Source of the DNA: an uncultured Candidatus Saccharibacteria bacterium
GTDB taxonomy: Bacteria; Patescibacteriota; Minisyncoccia; Phycocordibacterales; CAYSCM01
NCBI GenBank assembly: GCA_964429815.1
Contig: CAYSCM010000001.1
Span: 164,240-228,239 of the forward strand
Length of the DNA: 64,000 nt
Direction: 5' to 3'
Each line of letters begins with the position of its first letter. The stretch's first letter is position 1. The notes beneath the pieces were generated by a model, which had not been told where the DNA came from, did not search any database, and saw only the letters and a program-made list of their open reading frames with translations. The position numbers were made by a program, and so were the translations under genes. Shown here one piece after another: positions 52,693 through 61,205 of this stretch.

Positions 52693-53748
52693 CTAAAGGC
52701 GTTTGCTTTGGAGTCGAGTGAGCACCTCGGCGAAGGTGTTTTCGTTGGTCGTGATGACAAGCGTGTTTCTGTCGACGAACGAATACACGAGACGCATCTT
52801 TCCGGTCTCGTCATAAAGCGCCCGCGCGTCGTGGTTTTTTATGATTTTATCGACGAAGGCGGGATTGAACGCCGGCGTCGTCGTGCCGCTTGCGGGGTGT
52901 GAAAGGAGTTGCGGCCCGAAAAAGCCGAAAAAGTCGTTGAGAATATTTCTCTCGAATGCGAGCATTCCTGAAAATGCCCCCTCATAGTTGTCGGTTTCAA
53001 GAATGAGGAACCCCTGATTGCCGTCGAAGACATGAACCCCGAGCATAAACGGTGCGGAAAGCGTTCGTGTAAGCTCTTGCGGCGCAGAGGTGCCGAGGAG
53101 TTTTAGAAAGCTTTGCGCGTCGATAAGTTTTTTAGTCGCATCTTCCCCCTGCGTGAAGTGGATGTCCTCAACGCTCCCGAGCCGCAAAGTGACACTATCC
53201 CTCTCAGCAACGAGACGCTGTCCGAGATTTCTTCCGAAGAGCCCCATGACGGGGATTTCGGCTTGCTTGTCGACGAATATGAGCGGCGTATAGACGAAAC
53301 CCTCTGGCGCTGAGGAAGGAAGCGACGAGAAGTAGAGCCCGATACCTATCGAAAGTCCGACGACGACGAGCACCGTCGCCACGGTAACGGTAATGCGCCT
53401 GACACGAGTATCGTGAATTTCCCGTTTCATCTCGTCGCTCAAGACCTCGGCTTCTTTGGCGCTGTGCGTGCGTTTTTCCTGCTCTGCGGCGGCGACCTGC
53501 ACGGTCGATATATGCTCGGTTTTGATGATCTCAGCGAGATCATCTTTGAAGGTGCGCAATCGCGGGATGGAACCCTCCTCGGAGGGCGTCTGCATGCGGG
53601 CCGACGTTGGTATAGATGGTCCGTTCATCGGTCCACCTGTCGGGTTTTTGAGATCGGCACTACTAAATCGCCGCTCGAATTCGCTGCTGAGCGCTGACTT
53701 TATCTTTTCATTTTCTCCCTGGGGAGATTCTTTAATGTCGTCGGCCAT
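52693..53748 (-). CDS. single-pass membrane protein of unknown function
   Basis: TM segment ITVTVATVLVVVGLSIGIGLYF. 17-nt overlap with the pnp end. Confidence 0.45.
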   Translation of the reverse strand: MADDIKESPQGENEKIKSALSSEFERRFSSADLKNPTGGPMNGPSIPTSARMQTPSEEGSIPRLRTFKDDLAEIIKTEHISTVQVAAAEQEKRTHSAKEAEVLSDEMKREIHDTRVRRITVTVATVLVVVGLSIGIGLYFSSLPSSAPEGFVYTPLIFVDKQAEIPVMGLFGRNLGQRLVAERDSVTLRLGSVEDIHFTQGEDATKKLIDAQSFLKLLGTSAPQELTRTLSAPFMLGVHVFDGNQGFLILETDNYEGAFSGMLAFERNILNDFFGFFGPQLLSHPASGTTTPAFNPAFVDKIIKNHDARALYDETGKMRLVYSFVDRNTLVITTNENTFAEVLTRLQSKRL

Positions 53749-55918
53749 TGCCGTGTGTGGGTGGGCGCGGTGAAGTGTCGGGCTCGACTCCTTTGCGCGA
53801 GGCGAACTCCGGGTCTACGTCTTTGATCGAAAGGTTGATGCGCCCCTCCCTGTCGATCTCTCGTATGACGACTGGCACTTTCTCGCCAAGCGAGAGCGCC
53901 TGCTCGACGCGGCCGATGCGGAAGGGCGCGATCTCCGAAATGTGGACGAGTCCCTCGGCCGAATCATTGAGCCTCACGAAGGCCCCAAATGTCGCGATGC
54001 GCGACACGGTGCCTTCGAAGCGCTCCCCGGCTACGTACTGCCGGGTCATATCGACAATGATAGCAGCAGCCTTGTTTGCCGTCCCGTTTTTTCCGGTGAT
54101 AAATACCGAGCCGTCGTCCTCGATGTCGATTTCTTCGACACCGGTCTTTTCCTTGATGGCCTTGATGACTTTTCCAGCCGGCCCGATGATGGAGCCGATT
54201 TGATCGGGGCGGATCTTGAGCGCGACTATCTTCGGCGCATTCGGCGAAATATCCGGCCGCGGCGCGGCGATGGCGCGCTCGATGACGTCAAGAATTTCCA
54301 TGCGCGCGGTCCTAGCCTGCGCGAGCGCTTCAGAGAGAATCCGCACCGGTATCGCACCTACCTTGATGTCGAGTTGGATGGCCGTGACGCCGCGGCGCGT
54401 GCCGGCCACCTTGAAGTCCATGTCTCCATACTCGTCCTCCGGACCCTGAATATCGGTGAGAATTTTGTACGCTCCGTCCGTGTGGTGCTTCGGCGAGAGC
54501 ATGAGTCCCATGGCGATGCCAGCAACGGGCGCTTTAATGGGCACTCCGCCATCCATGAGCGCGAGCGTGGAGGCGCAAACTGAACCCATGGACGTAGAGC
54601 CGTTGCTGGCAAGGCATTCGGAGACGAGGCGTATGGTGTAGGGAAACGTCTCCTTGGGCGGAATGACGGCTTCGAGCGCTTTTTCCGCGAGAGCGCCGTG
54701 TCCGACCGCGCGGCGATTCGCGCCTCCAACACGGCCTGTCTCGCCCGGCGCGAACGGAGGAAAGTTGTAATGGTGCATGAAGCGCTTCTGTGCCTCGCGC
54801 GCTTCCATGGAGTCGATTATCTGAGAGTCCTGCGGACCGCCGAGGGTGAGGGTCGAGAATACGTGCGTGCCGCCGCGATAGAAGATTCCCGAACCATGGA
54901 GCATGGGCGAAAAGTCTCCAGCCTGCGCGAAGAGTTGGCGCAGCTGCCCCATACCCCTCCCGTCGGCACGCGCGGTGCGCTTCACCGCTCCCTCGTGGAT
55001 GGCAAGGTCGACGCCATCATCGAAGAGGCTTGAAGCTTGTCTAATGTTCGCATCGGGAAGTTTCTCCGTGAGCGCCGCCTTCCACTCATCCTTAAGTGCG
55101 TAAATTTTTTCCTTACTTGCGGAGTTGGAGAAGACGGCCTTTTCCATCCTCGGCGCAATGAGCTCGTCGTAGAGCGCCCGCACGTCGACTGGAATCTCGG
55201 ACTTTGCGAACGCACGCTTTTCCTGCCCAAGCTCGGTACGAAGTTTCTGTTGGAATTCCTGCAGCTTCTCGATTTCTTCCGATGCGCGAGTGAGGGCGGC
55301 GATGAGCACCTCCTCCGACACCTCTTGCGCACTGACCTCGATCATATTAATAGCGGCATCCTTGCCGCAGGCGAGGAGGTCGAGCTCATAGTCCCCGTGA
55401 GCGCGGCTCGCATACGAAGGATTCACTTCGAAGCTGTCACTGCCGTGCTTTTTCCCGATGCGTACCGCGCTCGCCGGTCCACTCCAGGGTATATCACTGG
55501 TGTGGAGCGCGACCGAGGCGGCGTTGATGGCCATGACGTCCGGATCGTCCTCGTCGATGGAGAGAACGGTAATGATGGCCTGCACCTCATTTCTGATGTG
55601 ATGATCGAAGAGAGGCCTAATGGTGCGATCGACGACACGCCCGGAAAGGATCGCCTCCTCAGAAGGCTTCCCTTCGCGGCGTACGAAACGCGAGCCAAGA
55701 ATTTGCCCGGCAGCATAAAAGCGCTCTTCGAAATCGACCGTGAGCGGAAAATGGTCGATATCGTCGCGTGTCTTCTCCGACAGTACTGCCGTCGCGAGCA
55801 CCACAGTGTTGCCGTAGCGTACAAGGACCGAGCCGTTGGCATTCTCGGCGAGGTCCGAGAAGGTGAAAGTCATGGGTTTCCCGCCTACGGCAAGCGAGTA
55901 TTCTTTTTTCTGCATCAA
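53732..55918 (-). CDS. pnp: polyribonucleotide nucleotidyltransferase (PNPase)
   Basis: Two RNase PH domains, KH (IGPAGKVIKAIKEKTG) and S1 (GTVSRIATFGAFVRL) domains. Confidence 0.95.
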   Translation of the reverse strand: MMQKKEYSLAVGGKPMTFTFSDLAENANGSVLVRYGNTVVLATAVLSEKTRDDIDHFPLTVDFEERFYAAGQILGSRFVRREGKPSEEAILSGRVVDRTIRPLFDHHIRNEVQAIITVLSIDEDDPDVMAINAASVALHTSDIPWSGPASAVRIGKKHGSDSFEVNPSYASRAHGDYELDLLACGKDAAINMIEVSAQEVSEEVLIAALTRASEEIEKLQEFQQKLRTELGQEKRAFAKSEIPVDVRALYDELIAPRMEKAVFSNSASKEKIYALKDEWKAALTEKLPDANIRQASSLFDDGVDLAIHEGAVKRTARADGRGMGQLRQLFAQAGDFSPMLHGSGIFYRGGTHVFSTLTLGGPQDSQIIDSMEAREAQKRFMHHYNFPPFAPGETGRVGGANRRAVGHGALAEKALEAVIPPKETFPYTIRLVSECLASNGSTSMGSVCASTLALMDGGVPIKAPVAGIAMGLMLSPKHHTDGAYKILTDIQGPEDEYGDMDFKVAGTRRGVTAIQLDIKVGAIPVRILSEALAQARTARMEILDVIERAIAAPRPDISPNAPKIVALKIRPDQIGSIIGPAGKVIKAIKEKTGVEEIDIEDDGSVFITGKNGTANKAAAIIVDMTRQYVAGERFEGTVSRIATFGAFVRLNDSAEGLVHISEIAPFRIGRVEQALSLGEKVPVVIREIDREGRINLSIKDVDPEFASRKGVEPDTSPRPPTHGNGRRH

Positions 55919-55941
55919 AGGAGTGACCTTCGGATTCCAGA

Positions 55942-55959
55942 ATTGAACCGCGGTTCAAT
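55942..55959 (-). promoter_or_regulatory. perfect 18-nt palindrome in the pnp 5' leader
   Basis: attgaaccgcggttcaat, 24 nt upstream of the pnp start codon. Confidence 0.4.
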
Positions 55960-56106
55960 GCTGTCTATCCAAAGGCCACGGTTACGAGTAATGATCCAAC
56001 AATAACAAAATGGCAAAAAAAGAAAATTCTCGAAATTGAGGGAGTTGTGGCGATACGTTGTTTTTGGTAATTTCTTTGCAGTTGGTCTCAACGAAGGAGA
56101 AATGTC

Positions 56107-56607
56107 GTGCAACATGTGCACCCCAAAAGCGGCAAGATCGTCGAAGGACTTCGTCTCGTGCCAGGCGCTGTCTTCCGGGAGGAGGATCTCTACACTTCCA
56201 CATCTGGGGACTGGGAGCCATGCCCTATGGACGTCAGCGAAGGGGTAGAGCTAAAACAGACCCCAGCTATCTGGATTCGGCCGGGGAATCTGTCCGAACC
56301 CGCGCGAACCCTCCTCGCCGTTCTCAGTGACCCAAAAGCCTTTTATTCGTGCGCGATCGAATCGACACGAGGAACTGTGGCAGCTCCTGCTCCTCACTGG
56401 AACCACGATGGACGCTGGGACTTGCCAATAATTCTTCACCCCGAGTGCCTCCAAGAGCTCGTCGACGTCGGCTACCTGAAATTCGGCGAACATCCGATCA
56501 AGAATTGGGAATCGGATTATGCCGTGTGCCGACCGGAGGGCACCAACAAGGCCTATACGGTCACAGAAATAGGTAAGCGAAAGGGCGAAGAGCTTCGCAC
56601 TACGTGA
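56107..56607 (+). CDS. hypothetical protein (166 aa)
   Basis: GTG start 8 nt after AAGGAG. No recognised motif. Confidence 0.45.
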   Translation: MQHVHPKSGKIVEGLRLVPGAVFREEDLYTSTSGDWEPCPMDVSEGVELKQTPAIWIRPGNLSEPARTLLAVLSDPKAFYSCAIESTRGTVAAPAPHWNHDGRWDLPIILHPECLQELVDVGYLKFGEHPIKNWESDYAVCRPEGTNKAYTVTEIGKRKGEELRTT

Positions 56608-56609
56608 AC

Positions 56610-56646
56610 CAAAAACCCGAGCAGGACTACCTGCTCGGGTTTTCTT
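56610..56646. terminator. bidirectional intrinsic terminator
   Basis: aacccgagcagg-acta-cctgctcgggtt with A-run and T-run flanks, between convergent genes. Confidence 0.75.
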
Positions 56647-57178
56647 AAAAGTGTATGAGGGGTTTGCCTTCGGCTCGGTAGCCGATGAGGAACTTGCGCG
56701 GGTCGTCGCACATGTCGATGAAATCGTCAACTTCCTCACGCAAGCGCGAGGAAGTTGATTTGCCGAACGCCATCGCTTCCACCTGGCAGGAACCCTTCAG
56801 ATACTCGACGAGCGGCACGAAGTCCCCATCCCCGGAGGCGATGATGATGGCGTCGAGCTTCGGAGCCATCTTGATGGCGTCGACCGCCATGCCCACGTCC
56901 CAGTCGGCCTTCTTGGCGCCACCGTAGAAAACCTGGAGGTCCTTTGTTTTCGTCTCGATGCCGATCTTGGTGAGCGCATCGAAAAACGCCTTCTCCTCCC
57001 CGCTCTCCGTGGTGACGACGTAGGCGACGGCGCGCACCAGAATGCGTCCGGCGAGCGCTTCTTTTAATACGTTTGCGAAATTGACCTTCGCTCGGTAGAG
57101 ATTCTTGGCGGAGTGATAGAGATTCTGCGTGTCGATGAAAAGGCCGACCCGCTGCGCCTTATGTTTAATGATAGCCAT
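56645..57178 (-). CDS. NYN-domain (LabA/DUF88-like) putative RNase
   Basis: VGLFIDTQNLYHSAK..., IIIASGDGDFVPLVEYLK. Internal ATG at 57178. Confidence 0.65.
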   Translation of the reverse strand: MAIIKHKAQRVGLFIDTQNLYHSAKNLYRAKVNFANVLKEALAGRILVRAVAYVVTTESGEEKAFFDALTKIGIETKTKDLQVFYGGAKKADWDVGMAVDAIKMAPKLDAIIIASGDGDFVPLVEYLKGSCQVEAMAFGKSTSSRLREEVDDFIDMCDDPRKFLIGYRAEGKPLIHF

Positions 57179-57290
57179 ATAAATTACTGACAAAACTGCT
57201 GTTAAAAAGTGCCTGCTGGCACGACTGCTGACGTTAAAAAACAAGAAAACCTACAAAAAGTATACGCCCGAAGCGGCGAAAGGAGAAAAA

Positions 57291-57557
57291 CTACTTCTTA
57301 AGGTCGTGTTTCTTCAAGACCGCGTTGTAGAGACGCTTGTTGGTCTTCTCGAGGTAGCGAAGGTGTGCGCGGCGATCGGCCACCATCTGCAAAAGTCCGC
57401 GGCGGGAATGCTTATCCTTCCCATGCTTCCGGAGGTGGCTTGTAAGCTCGTCGATGCGTTTGGAGAGGAGCGCGACCTGAACCTCCGGGGAGCCGGTATC
57501 CGTGTCGTGACGCTTGGTTTCCTTGATTACGTTAGCTTTTTGTCGTTTCGTGAGCAT
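57291..57557 (-). CDS. rpsO: 30S ribosomal protein S15
   Basis: DTGSPEVQVALLSKRIDELTSHLRKHGKDKHSRRGLLQMVADRRAHLRYL. Confidence 0.95.
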   Translation of the reverse strand: MLTKRQKANVIKETKRHDTDTGSPEVQVALLSKRIDELTSHLRKHGKDKHSRRGLLQMVADRRAHLRYLEKTNKRLYNAVLKKHDLKK

Positions 57558-57597
57558 AAATGCAGAATATCACGCTTTTTTCACCTTTGCAAGACCC

Positions 57598-57630
57598 TCG
57601 AAAGAAAAGAGGGCTCACCGAGAGCCCTCT
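57598..57630 (-). terminator. intrinsic terminator
   Basis: agagggctc-accg-gagccctct, followed on the minus strand by tttctttcg. Confidence 0.65.
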
Positions 57631-57811
57631 AAGCGGCACGTGGAAGCGGGATAACCTTGATGTACTCGGCGCACCCCGGGGATTCGACCACAGTGGCGAG
57701 GCGGTGATTTGCCTCGCTGCAACCACAGTGCACACAGAGGCCTTCGCGCAGTCTCCGAGCAAGTTCGTCGAGGTATTCGGGCGACAGATCATAACCGCGG
57801 AGTTTCAGCAT
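57629..57811 (-). CDS. 60-aa Cys-containing small protein
   Basis: ATG 57811 after GGGAGG. MLKLRGYDLSPEYLDELARRLREGLCVHCGCSEANHRLATVVESPGCAEY... Confidence 0.4.
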   Translation of the reverse strand: MLKLRGYDLSPEYLDELARRLREGLCVHCGCSEANHRLATVVESPGCAEYIKVIPLPRAA

Positions 57812-57981
57812 GGCCACCTCCCTCAATCCTATGTATAAGTGTAGCGCTTGGATCGTGAGCGCTCTAGATATTTGTGTGTAAAAGCAAGCGGCCCCCACCG
57901 GGTTGCTTGCAATATTTTGCATCAGATAAAAGAATTGTCAAGTATATTGTGCGACGTTTGCGTTAGCTGCACAATATCCCT

Positions 57982-58893
57982 ATGGCCGACCTTGAGACGC
58001 TCAAACGCCAGTTCCTCGAACACCTTGAGATAGAAAAGGGCCGCTCGCTCAAGACGATCGAAAATTACGATCGCTACCTCTCGCGCTTCCTCGATTTCAC
58101 CAAAACGAAATCCCCCAAAAGCATCTCGGACGATTCGGTGCGAGAATTCCGGCTTTGGCTCAACCGCCAGCCAGGCGGCGGCAACGAGACGCTCAAGCGC
58201 AAGACGCAAAACTACTACCTCATCGCGCTTCGCGCGTTCCTCAAGTACTTGCGCAAGCGCGGCATTGAGTCCATCTCCCCGGAGCGCATCGAGCTTGCCA
58301 AAGTATCGCAGCGGGAACTCGATCTCATTTCAGGAAGCGAACTCGAGCGTTTGATGAAAGCACCGGAAGAGAACACTCTCTCTTCCCTTCGCGATCGCGC
58401 CATCCTTGAGCTTCTTTTTTCGACCGGATTGCGGGTGTCAGAGCTCACCTCGCTCAATGCCGACATCGACTTGGGGAGCGACGAGCTTTCCGTGCGCGGC
58501 AAGGGCGAAAAAATACGCGTGGTGTTTCTCTCCCCCTCAGCCAAAGATGCCCTGAAAAAGTACCTCGCGAAACGAAAGGACATGGACGAAGCGCTCTTCG
58601 TGCAGATGGGAAAAAACGCTAAAGGAGTGAGTGAACTTCGCCTCACCCCGCGCTCCGTCGAGCGGCTCGTGAAACGCTACGCGATAAAGGCCGGCATCAC
58701 GCGCAAGGTGACCCCGCATGTCATCCGTCACTCCTTCGCCACCGACCTTCTTCATAATGGCGCGGACCTTCGAAGTGTGCAGGCGATGCTCGGGCACGCC
58801 AACATCGCGACGACGCAGGTCTACACACATGTTACCGACAAGCACCTACGAGACATTCACAAACATTTTCACGGGCGTAAGCGTCGCTCCTAA
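57982..58893 (+). CDS. tyrosine recombinase, XerC/XerD family
   Basis: N-terminal SAM-like domain. Catalytic region RHSFATDLLHNGADLRSVQAMLGHANIATTQVYTHV. Confidence 0.9.
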   Translation: MADLETLKRQFLEHLEIEKGRSLKTIENYDRYLSRFLDFTKTKSPKSISDDSVREFRLWLNRQPGGGNETLKRKTQNYYLIALRAFLKYLRKRGIESISPERIELAKVSQRELDLISGSELERLMKAPEENTLSSLRDRAILELLFSTGLRVSELTSLNADIDLGSDELSVRGKGEKIRVVFLSPSAKDALKKYLAKRKDMDEALFVQMGKNAKGVSELRLTPRSVERLVKRYAIKAGITRKVTPHVIRHSFATDLLHNGADLRSVQAMLGHANIATTQVYTHVTDKHLRDIHKHFHGRKRRS

Positions 58894-58970
58894 CAAAAAA
58901 ACCGCGTGCCGGGGAGGGTTCCCAAAACACGCGGTGCGTCCAGTTACGGCAAGGGCGGACGCAAGTACCC

Positions 58971-59366
58971 CTACTCTATCACGCGATACGTCGGCCTCCC
59001 TTGTACGCGGGAGGGGTTGCGGACGGCTATCGTGCAGCGCGCCTTCACTGCGCCGCCTTTCTCCCAAAACGGCACGCGCTGCGATACCGCCTCGCCACGA
59101 GTGAGCGTTTGTCTAAGGAGCGGAAGTGGTCCTGTCCACATGCTGCGCGTGCCTTCCATAACGATGCAGGTCTTGATCGATACCCTCACGGTATCGCTCG
59201 AGCCGTTTTCGAACACGAGGCGTGTCGTGCCAGAGAGCGTGCATACAAGGACGGTAATGCGGAGGTCAGTGCTCACCCCTGGTTGACAGCGCCACGAGGG
59301 CGATGCGACGGTCTGCTGCGAGAGGACGATAAGAGCGAGAATAGAGAGCGGGAACATACAGCGCAC
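58971..59366 (-). CDS. small secreted hypothetical protein
   Basis: Signal peptide MFPLSILALIVLSQQTVA. A terminator hairpin accgcgtg...cacgcggt lies between it and the recombinase gene. Confidence 0.35.
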   Translation of the reverse strand: MRCMFPLSILALIVLSQQTVASPSWRCQPGVSTDLRITVLVCTLSGTTRLVFENGSSDTVRVSIKTCIVMEGTRSMWTGPLPLLRQTLTRGEAVSQRVPFWEKGGAVKARCTIAVRNPSRVQGRPTYRVIE

Positions 59367-59439
59367 GGGTACCTCCTTATGCGAACCGCTCCCACCTTAC
59401 CATAGCGGCACCGTAAAAGAAGAAGCCCGCTTTCGCGGG

Positions 59440-59982
59440 CTACGTACAGGTCGGAAAGCGGCGCATTTTTTCAAGGATATGCTCCTCCCGCTCCCTGCTC
59501 TTGCCGAAAAGTTTGAGGTGCTTCTCGCTTGCGTGCAGCATCTGCTCACGGACGAGCGAGAGACGCACCATCTGGGCGAGGAGCTCTTCGAGCCCGAGGC
59601 CCTCGGGAAGGGGAACGGTCTTGTTGAGCTTCTCCAAATCGAGTCCGCGGTCGCGCGCAAGCATCCAAAAGAGGTGTGCCGCGGCGAGCATGCGGTCGGT
59701 CTCTCGCCGCTGCTCCTCGTAGTCTCTCGAGAGAAGAAACCACTCCTGGCGCTGGAAGCGAATGTCCTCGGGCGTGCAACCGCGCCGGGCAAGAGCCACA
59801 GGATCTATCTGCTTTGGTTCGTCAGGCTTGGTCTCGTCGACCGTGGTCGCCAGAACGTATTTGAGACGCAACAGGTCCATAGGACCCGGCGACAAGCTCC
59901 CGTACAGAACGCCGCAGCAGGCCGCTACGGCGAGGATAGTGAACACCTTTCGCATCATGGGGTTCCTCCCCGTTTCCTTCAT
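59440..59982 (-). CDS. secreted or lipoprotein-like hypothetical protein
   Basis: MMRKVFTILAVAACCGVLYG. Downstream terminator aagcccgc-tttc-gcgggctt plus T-run (minus strand). Confidence 0.45.
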   Translation of the reverse strand: MKETGRNPMMRKVFTILAVAACCGVLYGSLSPGPMDLLRLKYVLATTVDETKPDEPKQIDPVALARRGCTPEDIRFQRQEWFLLSRDYEEQRRETDRMLAAAHLFWMLARDRGLDLEKLNKTVPLPEGLGLEELLAQMVRLSLVREQMLHASEKHLKLFGKSREREEHILEKMRRFPTCT

Positions 59983-60062
59983 ATACTGAACCGCCGCGAG
60001 CCTTTTTTGTCAAAAGCATTCGGTGCGTTTGCAATCGCCCGACATACCGGTAGCATGTAGCT

Positions 60063-60860
60063 ATGAAAATTTTTTCCTGGAACGTGAACGGCCTGCGCGC
60101 AGTGCATCGAAAAAATCTTTTCATACCGTTCATCGAGAGATACGATCCCGACATTCTCTGTCTCCAAGAGACCAAAGCGCAGCAGCATGAGTCGGTTATC
60201 GATTTGCCACAGTACGAAGAGTATTGGAATTCCGCCGAGAAAAAAGGATACAGCGGCACGGCGATTTTCACGAAAGAAAAACCGAAAAAAGTTATGTTAG
60301 GGCTGCCGGAAGATTTGGAGAAGAAGTACCGTCTCCACAATGACGGCTACGGAGATCCAAACAAAGAGGGGCGCATCGTCGTTGCTGAGTACAAAACATT
60401 TTTTGTGGTGTCGGTGTACACGCCAAACGCCAAGGATGATCTCTCGCGTCTCTCGCTGCGGCACAAACAGTGGGACCCGGCATTTCTTGCGTACATGAAA
60501 CGTTTGGAGCGAGAAAAACCTGTCATTTTTTGCGGAGATCTCAACGTCGCTCATACCCCCGATGACTTGGCGCGTCCAAAAGAAAATGAAGGCAATAAAG
60601 GTTTCACGAAAGAAGAGCGCGAAGGGATACAGGCCCTCGTCGACGCGGGCTTCGTCGACACGTTCCGCCTCTTCACCAAAGGCAACGGGCACTACAGTTG
60701 GTGGAGCCACTTCGCGGACGCCCGCGCGCGCAATGTCGGTTGGCGCATCGATTACGTATTCGTTTCACCGGTGCTAGGCGGAAAGGTGAAGAAAACATAT
60801 CTTGAGTCGAAGGTCATGGGGTCCGATCACTGCCCTGTCGGGATAGAAATCGCGGTTTAG
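60063..60860 (+). CDS. xth: exodeoxyribonuclease III
   Basis: MKIFSWNVNGLRA, LCLQETK, GDLNVAH, SDHCPV. Confidence 0.95.
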   Translation: MKIFSWNVNGLRAVHRKNLFIPFIERYDPDILCLQETKAQQHESVIDLPQYEEYWNSAEKKGYSGTAIFTKEKPKKVMLGLPEDLEKKYRLHNDGYGDPNKEGRIVVAEYKTFFVVSVYTPNAKDDLSRLSLRHKQWDPAFLAYMKRLEREKPVIFCGDLNVAHTPDDLARPKENEGNKGFTKEEREGIQALVDAGFVDTFRLFTKGNGHYSWWSHFADARARNVGWRIDYVFVSPVLGGKVKKTYLESKVMGSDHCPVGIEIAV

Positions 60861-61205
60861 GCCTCAATTGCGGCTTATTCTTTCGGACAATCCACACGTT
60901 GTCCTTTACGAGTGGTGATGCTTTGCATACAATGGTTAGCGGAGAACATGCGGTGTCATTAAGTTCTTTCTAGAGTTCTTTAACGTTTTTCCAGTTCTTT
61001 CCGTGCGCTCCGAGAGACAGTGCGTGAACGGCACGTTCACTACGATACATATACCTCCAAGCTTTAACACTTTTGTACTCACAGGTATGATGTACGGGCT
61101 CTGACGTCCCGCTCAAACACTCTCTTACGAAGCAACAATAAAAGCCGTTCAGGCGCAAATCTCCACCCGAAGTCGCCATGGGCGGCTTTTTTCTTTGCCT
61201 ATTTT

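Noticed and set aside
55037-56005. Long antisense ORFs in the track. Examples are 55037..56005 (322 aa, opposite pnp), 26105..26962, 30659..31426, 23090..23848, 49431..50153, 2191..2883, 3846..4523, 16345..16902, 12516..13070 and 18952..19593.
   Set aside because: Each lies opposite a gene with strong family motifs. Their translations are Arg/Gly/Ala-rich with low complexity, as is typical of GC-rich antisense frames. None carries a recognisable motif.
60970-61179. ORF 60970..61179 (minus strand, 69 aa, several Cys and His residues) as a real small zinc-binding protein.
   Set aside because: It has no Shine-Dalgarno sequence, its start codon is buried in a plus-strand terminator hairpin, and it has no recognisable motif. 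It is left unannotated pending expression or conservation data.
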